Shown: positions 20,866 to 29,751, numbered from the stretch's first letter. The stretch: 64,000 bases of DNA from an uncultured Bacteroidaceae bacterium (GCA_964570685.1 CAZMZC010000011.1:866-64865), one strand, 5' to 3'. Notes: generated by a model not told the origin, from the letters alone. Made by a program: numbers and translations.

Positions 20866-21669
20866 ATGAGTTACCTTTGGATTCTGTTGGCAATATCGTT
20901 TGCTGTTTCTGCAGTGGGATGGATTTACTTCATCTATTTCTTCAGCGTAGGCTACGGCCTTGCCATATCGGCACTAAGCGTGGCTGCAGCCGTTATCTTC
21001 CGAGATAGCCTCACACTGCCTGCCGCTATCCTGTGCGGTGTGCTGTTCGTATATGGCTTGCGCCTGTCGATGTTCCTGCTACTGCGAGAGAAGCGGTCGG
21101 CATCGTACAAGAAGATACTCTATCAGCCCGACAATACACAGAAGAAGCCCCTGTTCGTGATGATGATGATATGGATTGCCTGCGCACTGCTCTACGTAGG
21201 GCAAATAAGTCCCGTGACATTCTACCTGCTCAACCTCGGCAAGGGACTCTCCGTGAGTACCCCATGGATGTGGGCAGGAGCTATCGTGGCAGCCATTGGC
21301 GTAGTGATAGAGATGATAGCCGACGCTCAGAAGAGCGCTGCCAAGAAGGTGAATGCCCGAAGATATGTAGACACGGGACTGTACCGCATCGTGCGTTGCC
21401 CCAATTACTTCGGCGAGGTGCTGATGTGGACGGGCAGCTTCATCATCTGCTTCGGCTCGTGCTGCACGGTGGGCCAATGGGTGATAGCCACGCTCGGATA
21501 TGTAGGCATCGTATACGTGATGTTCAGTGGTGCACGCCGCCTCGAACTGCGACAGGCCGAGACCTATGGCGGTGACCCCGAGTTTCAGGCCTACATCAAG
21601 AAGACCCCCATCATCATCCCCTTCGTACCCATATACAGCGTTGCCAAGTATTCGTGGCTGAAGGGATAG
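20866..21669 (+). CDS. DUF1295 / steroid-5-alpha-reductase-like membrane protein
   Basis: 267 aa, polytopic. C-terminal motif ...GLYRIVRCPNYFGEVLMWTGSF... is typical of this methyltransferase/reductase-like membrane family. TAATTTTG box at 20823..20830. Confidence 0.7.
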   Translation: MSYLWILLAISFAVSAVGWIYFIYFFSVGYGLAISALSVAAAVIFRDSLTLPAAILCGVLFVYGLRLSMFLLLREKRSASYKKILYQPDNTQKKPLFVMMMIWIACALLYVGQISPVTFYLLNLGKGLSVSTPWMWAGAIVAAIGVVIEMIADAQKSAAKKVNARRYVDTGLYRIVRCPNYFGEVLMWTGSFIICFGSCCTVGQWVIATLGYVGIVYVMFSGARRLELRQAETYGGDPEFQAYIKKTPIIIPFVPIYSVAKYSWLKG

Positions 21670-21711
21670 GAAAGGACTTTATTAACCTACACAAAATAAC
21701 ATTACAAATCT

Positions 21712-22266
21712 ATGTGGAGAAAATTTTGCGGCTGGCTGCTCAAGCGCATGGGATGGACGGTAGACAATGACACTATCGTACCCGAAGACAAGTGTATCAT
21801 CCTCGGTGTGCCACACACCTCGGGGTGGGATTTCGTCATCTCATACCTCTTCTATAAGTCAATCGGCGGCGATGCCAAGGTGATGATCAAGAAGGAATTC
21901 TTCTTCTGGCCGCTGGGCGGACTGCTGCGCAAGCTGGGCGGATTGCCTGTTGACCGCAAGAATGCCGTGTCGATGGTGCTCAGCACTATCCATCAGATGA
22001 AGGAGGCCAAGACATGCCATCTGGCCATAGCACCCGAGGGCACCCGCAAGCCCATCAAGCGCTGGAAGACCGGTTTCCACACCATCGCCCGCGAGGTAGG
22101 CTGCCCGGTATATATGGGCTACTTCGACTGGGGCACCAAGCATGTGGGATGGGGCAAGAAGGTGGAGCTCACCGACGATGCCCGGGCCGACATGAAGCGC
22201 ATACAGGAGCTGTACGAGGAGATGCACCTCACCGGCAAGCACAAGAATAATTATATCACCCATTAA
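21712..22266 (+). CDS. 1-acyl-sn-glycerol-3-phosphate acyltransferase family protein (PlsC-like)
   Basis: 184 aa with an HX4D motif (GVPHTSGWDFV) and APEGTR. Confidence 0.8.
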   Translation: MWRKFCGWLLKRMGWTVDNDTIVPEDKCIILGVPHTSGWDFVISYLFYKSIGGDAKVMIKKEFFFWPLGGLLRKLGGLPVDRKNAVSMVLSTIHQMKEAKTCHLAIAPEGTRKPIKRWKTGFHTIAREVGCPVYMGYFDWGTKHVGWGKKVELTDDARADMKRIQELYEEMHLTGKHKNNYITH

Positions 22267-22270
22267 TATT

Positions 22271-23977
22271 ATGATCCAACTCTACAAGCGCATGCAGCGT
22301 ATGCGAGAAAATTACGTTGACACCATTGCCAAACTGTACGAATACGCTACTACGGCATACGCCAAGAACCAATACACCCAGTGGTACGACACCAAGGAGG
22401 GCGGGTACACCTACCAATCATTCAAGAGCAAGTGCGACAGCCTTTCCAAGAAGCTCACCCAATACGGCATCGGTGCCGGCGACAAGGTAGCCATCCTCTC
22501 GCAGAGCATGCCCAACTGGTCGGTAGCCTTCTTCAGCGTAGTGCCCTTCGGCCGCATCGCCATCCCCATCCTCCCGGACAGCTCGGAGAATGAGGTGACC
22601 AACATCATCAACCACTCGGAGAGCAAGGTGATATTCGTATCGCAGCGCCTCGCAGGCAAGCTCAGCCAGGAGGTGAAGGACAAGATGACTCTCATCTTCG
22701 ACCTCGACACCTTCGAGATACTCAAGTCTGACGACGAAAAGTTCACCTGCGACGGACGCACCACTAACCCCACTCCCGACGACATTGCCACCATTATATA
22801 TACATCCGGAACAACAGGTAGCGCCAAGGGCGTAGTGCTGAGCCACCGCAACCTGGCATCGAACGTCATCACCTGCTACCACTCGTGCAAGCGCACCGAG
22901 AAGGACCGCTGGCTCTCCGTATTGCCTATGGCCCACACCTTGGAGATGACGCTGAGCATGCTCTACCCCATGTATTGCGGTGCCACCGTATACTACCTGC
23001 CCAAGCCCCCCGTGGCATCGCTCCTGATGAAGGCGCTCAAGATTGTGAAGCCCACCACCATGCTTACCGTACCGATGATTATCGAGAAGGTATACAAGGG
23101 CAGCGTGCTCCCCACCATCAAGAAGAGCCGTACGCTCACCTGGATGAACGAGCACATGAACGGACTGATGTGCAAGATTATCGGTATGAAGATCAAGAAG
23201 ACCTTCGGCGGACACATGTCGTTCTACGGCATCGGCGGCGCCAAGCTCGACCCCGAGGTAGAGCGCTTCCTCCTCAAGGCCGGCTTCCCCTATGCCATCG
23301 GCTACGGACTCACCGAGACCTCGCCCCTGCTGGGCTACTCGATGAACCGCTGGCGTGCAGTAGGCTCGTTCGGCTACCCCGTATACAACGTGAAGCTGAA
23401 GCTCCACAACGTAGACCCGCAGACAGGCGAAGGCGAAGTGGTAGCCAAGGGTCCCAACGTGATGCTCGGCTATTATAAGGATTCCGTGCGCACGAAGAGC
23501 GTGTTCACCGAAGACGGATGGTTCCGCACCAGCGACATCGCCGTACAGGACGAGAAGGGCCGCTTCTACATCAAGGGCCGCAACAGCAACATGATACTCG
23601 GCCCCTCGGGCGAAAACATCTACCCCGAAGAGATTGAGAACGTCATCAACAACGTGGAGGGCGTGAGCGAATCCATCGTCGTAGAGCGTGACGGACGCCT
23701 CGTGGCGCTCGTGCAGCCCGCGGAGAACTATATCGACTGGGACAGCGAGTTTGAGGACAAGTTCTACGAGAAGCTCGACTCCTGGAAGGCCAAGCTCCTG
23801 GGCGACGTGAACAAGAGCGTCAACAAGTCATCACAGGTAAGCTCCGTAGAGGTGATGAAGGAGCCCTTCGAGAAGACCGCCACGCTGAAGATTCGCCGCT
23901 TCAAGTACAAAGACTCCGCACCTACCGTGGAGCAATACAGCAAGGACGAGAAGAAAGAGCAGGAGAAGAAGGAATAA
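22271..23977 (+). CDS. AMP-dependent synthetase / long-chain fatty-acid ligase
   Basis: 568 aa. AMP-binding motif IIYTSGTTGSAKGVVLSHRN, followed by ...GYGLTETSP... Starts 4 nt after the acyltransferase stop. Confidence 0.88.
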   Translation: MIQLYKRMQRMRENYVDTIAKLYEYATTAYAKNQYTQWYDTKEGGYTYQSFKSKCDSLSKKLTQYGIGAGDKVAILSQSMPNWSVAFFSVVPFGRIAIPILPDSSENEVTNIINHSESKVIFVSQRLAGKLSQEVKDKMTLIFDLDTFEILKSDDEKFTCDGRTTNPTPDDIATIIYTSGTTGSAKGVVLSHRNLASNVITCYHSCKRTEKDRWLSVLPMAHTLEMTLSMLYPMYCGATVYYLPKPPVASLLMKALKIVKPTTMLTVPMIIEKVYKGSVLPTIKKSRTLTWMNEHMNGLMCKIIGMKIKKTFGGHMSFYGIGGAKLDPEVERFLLKAGFPYAIGYGLTETSPLLGYSMNRWRAVGSFGYPVYNVKLKLHNVDPQTGEGEVVAKGPNVMLGYYKDSVRTKSVFTEDGWFRTSDIAVQDEKGRFYIKGRNSNMILGPSGENIYPEEIENVINNVEGVSESIVVERDGRLVALVQPAENYIDWDSEFEDKFYEKLDSWKAKLLGDVNKSVNKSSQVSSVEVMKEPFEKTATLKIRRFKYKDSAPTVEQYSKDEKKEQEKKE

Positions 23978-23989
23978 AGAGACAAGGGA

Positions 23990-24076
23990 GACCCACCCTA
24001 ACCCTCCCTGTAGGGAGGGGACTCCGACAGCGCAGACAGCAAACTATTGTCTGAACTCCTGAACTCCTGAACTCCT
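23990..24076. repeat. REP-like hairpins plus GAACTCCT x3 repeat
   Basis: cccaccctaaccctccctgtagggaggggactc (stem ccctccc/gggaggg) resembles the left end of the element at 43227. cagaca...tgtctg hairpin, then ctgaactcctgaactcctgaactcct. Confidence 0.75.
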
Positions 24077-24110
24077 AAAAAGAAACAACTCCTAATTCCT
24101 ACCAACCACT

Positions 24111-24728
24111 ATGAAAAGACTTTTCAGACTGAGCAGAATGCTCACCCTACTCGCCCTGCTCTTGGCAGGCAGCCAAGCCATGGCAACCGACAGCAACGAC
24201 AAGCGCCTCATCCGAGGCTACGACGGCGGCATGATGCTCCACGCAGGCTACCTCTGTGGCAACATCGCCCCCCTCGCCCACCAAGCCACGGGCGTAACCA
24301 AAGGTATAGGCGGCGTCATCCGTCTGCGCTTGGGCGACCACTGGCGCGTAGGCACCGAGGGCTACACCTCCTCGATGGGCCAGCTCGGCAACGGCAGCTA
24401 CGTGAAGACCTTCTGGGCAGGCCTCCTGGCCGACTACACCTGGACCTGGCGTCGCTTTGCCCCCTACCTCGGCATCACCGTCGGTGGCGGCACCACCACC
24501 GACTTCATCATGACCGAGGGCAGCAAGCAAGACTGGGCACCCGAGCCAGAGGCCTACTTCCACAAGGAGCCCTTCGTAGCCATCGACCCCTTCATCGGGT
24601 GCGACTACATCGTAAGCTCCAAGCTGCACCTCACCCTCAAGATCGACTACCTGAACGGCATCGGCGGCAAGGAACTCTACCTTCCCACAGGGCCGAGAGC
24701 CTATGTCGGGTTCATCTTCTGCCACTAA
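24111..24728 (+). CDS. small outer-membrane beta-barrel protein (OmpW/OmpA-barrel-like)
   Basis: 205 aa with a signal peptide (...LLLAGSQAMA), alternating beta-strand pattern, glycine/aromatic-rich, and ends ...AYVGFIFCH. Confidence 0.6.
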   Translation: MKRLFRLSRMLTLLALLLAGSQAMATDSNDKRLIRGYDGGMMLHAGYLCGNIAPLAHQATGVTKGIGGVIRLRLGDHWRVGTEGYTSSMGQLGNGSYVKTFWAGLLADYTWTWRRFAPYLGITVGGGTTTDFIMTEGSKQDWAPEPEAYFHKEPFVAIDPFIGCDYIVSSKLHLTLKIDYLNGIGGKELYLPTGPRAYVGFIFCH

Positions 24729-25103
24729 AGAGGGAAGCATAAAGAGAGAAAACTGATTTATTTCTCAAAAGCTCACTGACAGGCTTGATGCTATACCCCT
24801 TGGCAAAACAGCCTATACCCCTTGGCAGAAGAAATTCATCCGTAGAACTTCTGCCAAGGGTATACACATTGACAATGTGCTTGTTAGGCATAACGAAAAA
24901 CAAAGCTATTAGCCCATCGCCCCACCCTATAGCAATTTTTCATCTGACCCTTGGCAGAGCAACCTGTTGACAATTGACAATGCACCATTGGAAGGTAACG
25001 TCAACAACTCTGTGCTATACACCAAGAAATTTGATAATGCCGAAGGCTCGTTTTTTCATAAACGAACCACACGTCAGACGAATTAGGCAGTGCCATTTTA
25101 TTT

Positions 25104-25141
25104 GCCGAAGCGCATCAGCAGCGCTGCTGATGCGCTTCGGC
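25104..25141. repeat. Perfect 38-bp palindrome
   Basis: gccgaagcgcatcagcagc|gctgctgatgcgcttcggc, 19-nt arms with no spacer. Followed by the 12-mers cgatgcccatcg and cgatgcgcatcg (25172..25183, itself a perfect palindrome). Confidence 0.95.
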
Positions 25142-25275
25142 AGCGCGGTCGATGCCCATCGGCAGCGCGAACGATGCGCATCGGCAACCTAAAACAACAG
25201 ATAGGATAACGAAAGGCTAAGGCTGTGAAGCAAGAAACAGACAATGCGTTTCTGCCAAGTGAGCAAATAGAGATG

Positions 25276-25460
25276 CTCTCGCTGTGCTTCGCATTATAAA
25301 ACTTTGTTTTAAGATAGCTTGCTCGCTCGGCAGAGCACAAACAAGCTTGGCTCTGCTCTCACTCACTTCGCCATTATGAAACCGCGTTTCAAGATGGCTT
25401 GTTTGCTCGGCAATGATTAAGCGAGCTTATCATTGCTCTCGCTGCGCTGCGCCATTGCCA
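25276..25460. repeat. 80-bp-period tandem repeat (2.3 units)
   Basis: Units start with ctctc at 25276, 25356 and 25436. Units 1 and 2 align over ~58 nt (ctctcgctgtgcttcgcattataaaac... against ctctcactcacttcgccattatgaaac..., both ending ...gctcggca). Confidence 0.8.
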
Positions 25461-25642
25461 GGGGGTAAACGCAAATCATTATATGGCAATATACACTGAC
25501 AATCAACAACAAATATTGCAAAACGAGCGTTTTTTGCCAAGGGGTTCCAAGGTGGCCTTGGCAAGGAGGCTTTAGGTCTCGGCCATAAGGAAACAGTTGC
25601 GCACGCAACTTTTGCGCAAATATTGCGCATCGCGGAGACTCG

Positions 25643-25716
25643 GAATCCAATATATAAACAATCCAGCGGATCCACCTCAAGAAGAGCAAGTCCGCTGGAT
25701 TGTTTATATAGGATTC
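25643..25716. repeat. Long hairpin (26-28-nt arms, 20-nt loop) just downstream of the LRR gene stop
   Basis: gaatccaatatataaacaatccagcgga (25643..25670) pairs with tccgctggattgtttatataggattc (25691..25716). No U-tract follows on the gene strand. Confidence 0.85.
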
Positions 25717-25745
25717 AGTTAATCGTTAATTACAACTTCAGATTC

Positions 25746-28145
25746 TTAGTTGTTCACGATGACTTTGCGTCCATTTACGATATAGATACCACCCTTCAGG
25801 TTCTCTGTATCCAACACCTTACGGCCCATGAGGTCGTATATGACCGTTGACTGTTGTCCGTTGTCCGTTGACACGGCATCAATACCGTTATCTATATTCG
25901 CCACGTAGGTCACATCATGAGCAGGCATCGTCTCGTAGGTCTCGCCTACCCAGCCGAGGAAAGTATAACCCTCTTCTGTTGGCTCGTATACATATTCGGG
26001 GATAGCCTCTCCGTAGGCCACCTCGGCAGTATGTACCAGTTCTTCGCCTACGTAGTAGTATACCTTATATATATTAACGGTATATGTTCCTTCGTAGGTC
26101 ACATCATTAGCTGGAACAGCCTCAGCTACCTCGCCCCATCCATCGAAAGCATATCCCTCCTTTTCGGGAGCTTCGGGAGCAACAATTGTAGCTCCATATT
26201 CAAGGGAATCGACAGCGATTACCTCATCACCAATCTTGAAGGTTACAAGATACTTATTGACGGTGAACGTACCACTAATGGTCACGTCATTGGCAGGCAT
26301 CACCTCGGGGACATCTTTCCATCCACTAAAAGTGTACCCCTCCTTCTGTGGAACATCAAGCAAAAAGATTTCCTCTCCATACTCCACGCCAACAGTCCCA
26401 TACGTTTCACCATCTACAACAAACGTCACGACATTCTCCTCCACCTGAAACCCCTCCACAAAGAAAAAACTTTCCCATTGGTTTGCTGTTTGGTATCTTT
26501 CCACCGCCTTCATAGGAACATTTAACGTACATGTCCATTTATCTATATCATCCAATGCCATAGATCCGCACAATGGAGGTTGCTTGGCATGGCAGGTAAC
26601 ACTCTTAATATCACGACACCCATAAAAAGCATTGCTCCCAATATTTTTAAGACTTCGTCCTATCTCAAAAAATTCTAAATGTTTACAATTATAGAAAGCA
26701 TCTTCACCTACGTTCAGGACATTATCTCCTAAAAACAGACTCGTAAGATTTTTGCAACCATAGAAGACACCATATGCGACATCTCCATTACAGTCAATCT
26801 TTATTGATTGTACACAATCGTTTTTATAAAAAGTGTATGGCATCACTGTACCAACTTGTAATTGTTTACCCCGATAGGTAACTATACTATCTATTCTTAT
26901 CTGAGCACCAATATTACTATATCTGCAGTCTATCACATCGCACGTCATGTTTGTAGGATTAGGTACATAAGTTACACCATCCACCTCAAACAACGAACTA
27001 ATATAAGGATACTCCTTTGTGTTTGTCAAATCGAGATATTGACTATTGCCAACATAATTAATTAAGCCATCCGCATACCTGTATCCACTTGGAGGTACGT
27101 TTGTCAGCCAACTTACTTTTTCTTTAGGTGTTCCGTAAAAGGCATCGCTTCCGATAGTAAGTACGCCACTACCAATTATCACAGAATGTAATTGGGTGCA
27201 ATTATAGAAAGACTCCTCGCCAACACTTGTCACATCTTCACCAATAGTTACTTTTGAGAATCGACTACCGACAAATGCTTTTGAGGGGACATTACAATTT
27301 ACAAAAAGTTCACCAGAGCAATCAGTAAAAGCATTCGACCCGATACTCGTCACTCCCTCGGGAATGGTGATGGAAGCAAGGCTGCTGCAACCTTCGAAAG
27401 CATAGTATCCAACACTAGTCAAACCCTTGGGGATGATAATGGAGGAGAGGCTGTTGCAACCACGAAAAGTAGAATTTTCAATGCTTCTCACGCCCTCGGG
27501 AATGGTGATGGAAGCGAGGCTGCTGCAACCATTGAAAGCATAACTTCCAATGCTCGTCACACCCTCGGGAATGATAATGGAGGTGAGGCTACTGCAACCT
27601 TCGAAAGCAGATCTTTCAATGCTCGTCACACTCTCGGGGATGGAAATGGAAATAAGGCTACTGCAACCTTCGAAAGACTCACTTCCAACACTTACAATTC
27701 CCTCAGGAATATCAATATAAGTAAGATTACTACATCCTTTAAAAATACTTGATTCCATACTCATTAGACACTTAGGCATGGCAACAGTTGTAAGGCCAAT
27801 ACAACCTTCAAAAGCCCCCCATCCAATACTCGTTACACTTTCTGGAATGATTACAGAATTCAGACTATTGCAATAGTGAAAAGCGAACCGACCGATAGCA
27901 GCTACGCTATACGTAGTACTATCATAATCAACGGTAGAAGGAATTTCAATAGCTCCAATGTACTTGCAACTGTTATCACTTTCTTCTGCGCTGTAGTATG
28001 TAACCGCCACAACACTTTCCACAGAAGAGGTGATTTTGTAGCATATTCCATCTACCTCAAAATCAAAAGCACTCGCCAGTAAAGGGATTACCATGGCGCA
28101 GAACGACAACAATAGTCTTCTTACTTGTTTTCTGTTTGTTTTCAT
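25746..28145 (-). CDS. BspA-like leucine-rich-repeat surface protein with Listeria-Bacteroides repeats and T9SS C-terminal sorting domain
   Basis: 799 aa with a signal peptide. More than 10 repeats of ~23 aa (IPEGVTSIGSYAFNGCSSLASIT). GYTFSGW / GYAFDGW / GYTFLGW repeat modules. CTD ...STVIYDLMGRKVLDTENLKGGIYIVNGRKVIVNN. Confidence 0.88.
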   Translation of the reverse strand: MKTNRKQVRRLLLSFCAMVIPLLASAFDFEVDGICYKITSSVESVVAVTYYSAEESDNSCKYIGAIEIPSTVDYDSTTYSVAAIGRFAFHYCNSLNSVIIPESVTSIGWGAFEGCIGLTTVAMPKCLMSMESSIFKGCSNLTYIDIPEGIVSVGSESFEGCSSLISISIPESVTSIERSAFEGCSSLTSIIIPEGVTSIGSYAFNGCSSLASITIPEGVRSIENSTFRGCNSLSSIIIPKGLTSVGYYAFEGCSSLASITIPEGVTSIGSNAFTDCSGELFVNCNVPSKAFVGSRFSKVTIGEDVTSVGEESFYNCTQLHSVIIGSGVLTIGSDAFYGTPKEKVSWLTNVPPSGYRYADGLINYVGNSQYLDLTNTKEYPYISSLFEVDGVTYVPNPTNMTCDVIDCRYSNIGAQIRIDSIVTYRGKQLQVGTVMPYTFYKNDCVQSIKIDCNGDVAYGVFYGCKNLTSLFLGDNVLNVGEDAFYNCKHLEFFEIGRSLKNIGSNAFYGCRDIKSVTCHAKQPPLCGSMALDDIDKWTCTLNVPMKAVERYQTANQWESFFFVEGFQVEENVVTFVVDGETYGTVGVEYGEEIFLLDVPQKEGYTFSGWKDVPEVMPANDVTISGTFTVNKYLVTFKIGDEVIAVDSLEYGATIVAPEAPEKEGYAFDGWGEVAEAVPANDVTYEGTYTVNIYKVYYYVGEELVHTAEVAYGEAIPEYVYEPTEEGYTFLGWVGETYETMPAHDVTYVANIDNGIDAVSTDNGQQSTVIYDLMGRKVLDTENLKGGIYIVNGRKVIVNN

Positions 28146-28387
28146 CTTGATTGCTATTTAAGTTGATAATCATTCTTTTCACTTATCAGCTACGCATATC
28201 CATAAAGAAAGCGCAGACTTACTACCATATCTCTGTCAGGCTCACCACAAGCCCCTAAACACTATGGAGAAGTCTACGCCTAAGCGTAGCTTCACCGTGT
28301 TTAGGATGTTCATGCCCGTTTTCTTACGAGGTGGTGATTCGACAGAGAAATGAGCAATCAATATGTTGTGTGCTCTGAAGCACGAGA

Positions 28388-28395
28388 CAAAAGTA
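28388..28395 (-). promoter_or_regulatory. -7 box (TACTTTTG on the minus strand) about 240 nt upstream of the LRR gene ATG
   Basis: Plus strand reads caaaagta. Preceded in gene sense by the heptamer block CAAATGA CAACTGA CAAATGA (28408..28434 on the plus strand). Implies a long structured 5' leader. Confidence 0.4.
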
Positions 28396-28627
28396 ATAAT
28401 AATTCGTCAAATGACAACTGACAAATGACAAATATTTTCTTGCATCGTAAAAGAAAAGCAATGGAGCCACCCGCAATAATTCACAAGGTCTTCAAGAAAT
28501 AGGCGTAGACGTACCTTGAAGGCCTTGGGATTTTGCGTCGTACAAGAAGTCTCAACATCTACCACAAGGCACACCAGCTGCGCCCGATGAACATAGTGCT
28601 CAAGGGTGCGCAACGGAAAAGAGGAAT

Positions 28628-29293
28628 TCATTCAAGCTTGCTAGGAGTATCTGGCTGATTCGGATTGCACGGATTGCTTTGTGAACTTGGATTACTCGAA
28701 GGTCTCTGATTAGCCTGCCACTGACCACTCTGATAGTTCGGGAAGCCCCCGCGTGCTTGTGTACGTGCGCGGTACATCTGCTCCTTGATGCCGCCCTCTT
28801 TAAGGAAGCGGCGCTTCTGCGCCTCTATGAGGCGGGTGATGAGCACGTCGTACTGATGCAGCATGGTGATAGCAATGTTGGCGGCCGTCTCGGCCGAACG
28901 GGTATCTACCATATGCTGGTACTGCTCGGGCTGCATATGGGTACGGGTATACGAGCGGGTCTGACGAGTACGTGGGTCGCAGACATCCCACTTCGTGAGG
29001 CGACGGGTGAGAAGATAGTCTTCGTAATCGAGGCGAAGCTCGTGCATGCTCGATTTCGCTACGTTGGTGAGTTTGAGTTCCATCTCGCGTGAAGTGATAC
29101 CATCGACACTACCCTCGGCGATGTTCTGCTTGCCCGACCGCGCTGCCTGCACCATCTGGTCTATCGTGCGGTCGCCTTTCTGTAGATGCTTGTGGGCGAA
29201 GTCGTAGGTGAGAGCATAGATACACTCGGCCAACTGGAACACATTGAGGTCACGGTAGTTACCCTCTTGGGGAAGGAAGTCGGCGGTGTCCAT
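28628..29293 (-). CDS. four-helix-bundle protein (23S rRNA intervening-sequence protein family) with C-terminal suffix domain
   Basis: 221 aa. ...YRDLNVFQLAECIYALTYDF...QMVQAARSGKQNIAEGS... is typical of the family. Q/N/P/S-rich tail. Confidence 0.7.
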   Translation of the reverse strand: MDTADFLPQEGNYRDLNVFQLAECIYALTYDFAHKHLQKGDRTIDQMVQAARSGKQNIAEGSVDGITSREMELKLTNVAKSSMHELRLDYEDYLLTRRLTKWDVCDPRTRQTRSYTRTHMQPEQYQHMVDTRSAETAANIAITMLHQYDVLITRLIEAQKRRFLKEGGIKEQMYRARTQARGGFPNYQSGQWQANQRPSSNPSSQSNPCNPNQPDTPSKLE

Positions 29294-29751
29294 AGTGAGG
29301 TGCGTTTGGGTGGTTATTGTGGTTTTGTTTTCTTTACCAAGAGAGTTCTGAGTACTCGGAGTGCTCTGAGTACTCGGAGGTCTCTACAGCTCTCTCGGAC
29401 TGCAAATATACAAAACATATGCTACCGCCCCAAATCATCGGTAGGGAAAGTGGGGACTTTTCTTGCTAGAGCACGCGGAAAGCACGGAGAACTCTGAGAA
29501 TTTGGAGAACTCAGATTGCTCTGTGAACTCCACCAAACTTAGCCCTATTCCCAAACTACAACGACAACTTCGGGGCATCAAGACAGATTTTTCGGTGAAT
29601 AATTACCATAAATGAAAAACAATCCGTATATTTGCGATGAACACGAATATATATGGCACTCGCTGTGAAAAATATTCAAGCAAGCTTGATATTTCTCGCT
29701 CGTTTGTTGTTATATTTGAAGCATTAAACCGTAGAGCGACTTGCCAACACT

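Larger units (their letters stand above)
24791..25565. repeat. Long imperfect-palindrome non-coding element, copy B (GGCAGA/GGCAAA words, central palindromes)
   Basis: ccccttggcaaaa (24796..24808) is perfectly inverted at 25532..25544. Also: direct repeat ctataccccttggca x2, hairpin 24814..24865, central palindromes 25104..25183, an 80-bp tandem repeat at 25276..25460, and ttgccaagg/ccttggcaa at 25535..25564. No credible ORF. Confidence 0.65.

Noticed and set aside
24883-24889. Integron attC-like core site GTTAGGC, with palindromes nearby (cassette array lacking an integrase).
   Set aside because: No matching inverse core (GCCTAAC) at a suitable distance, no cassette ORFs and no intI. A single 7-mer match is expected by chance.
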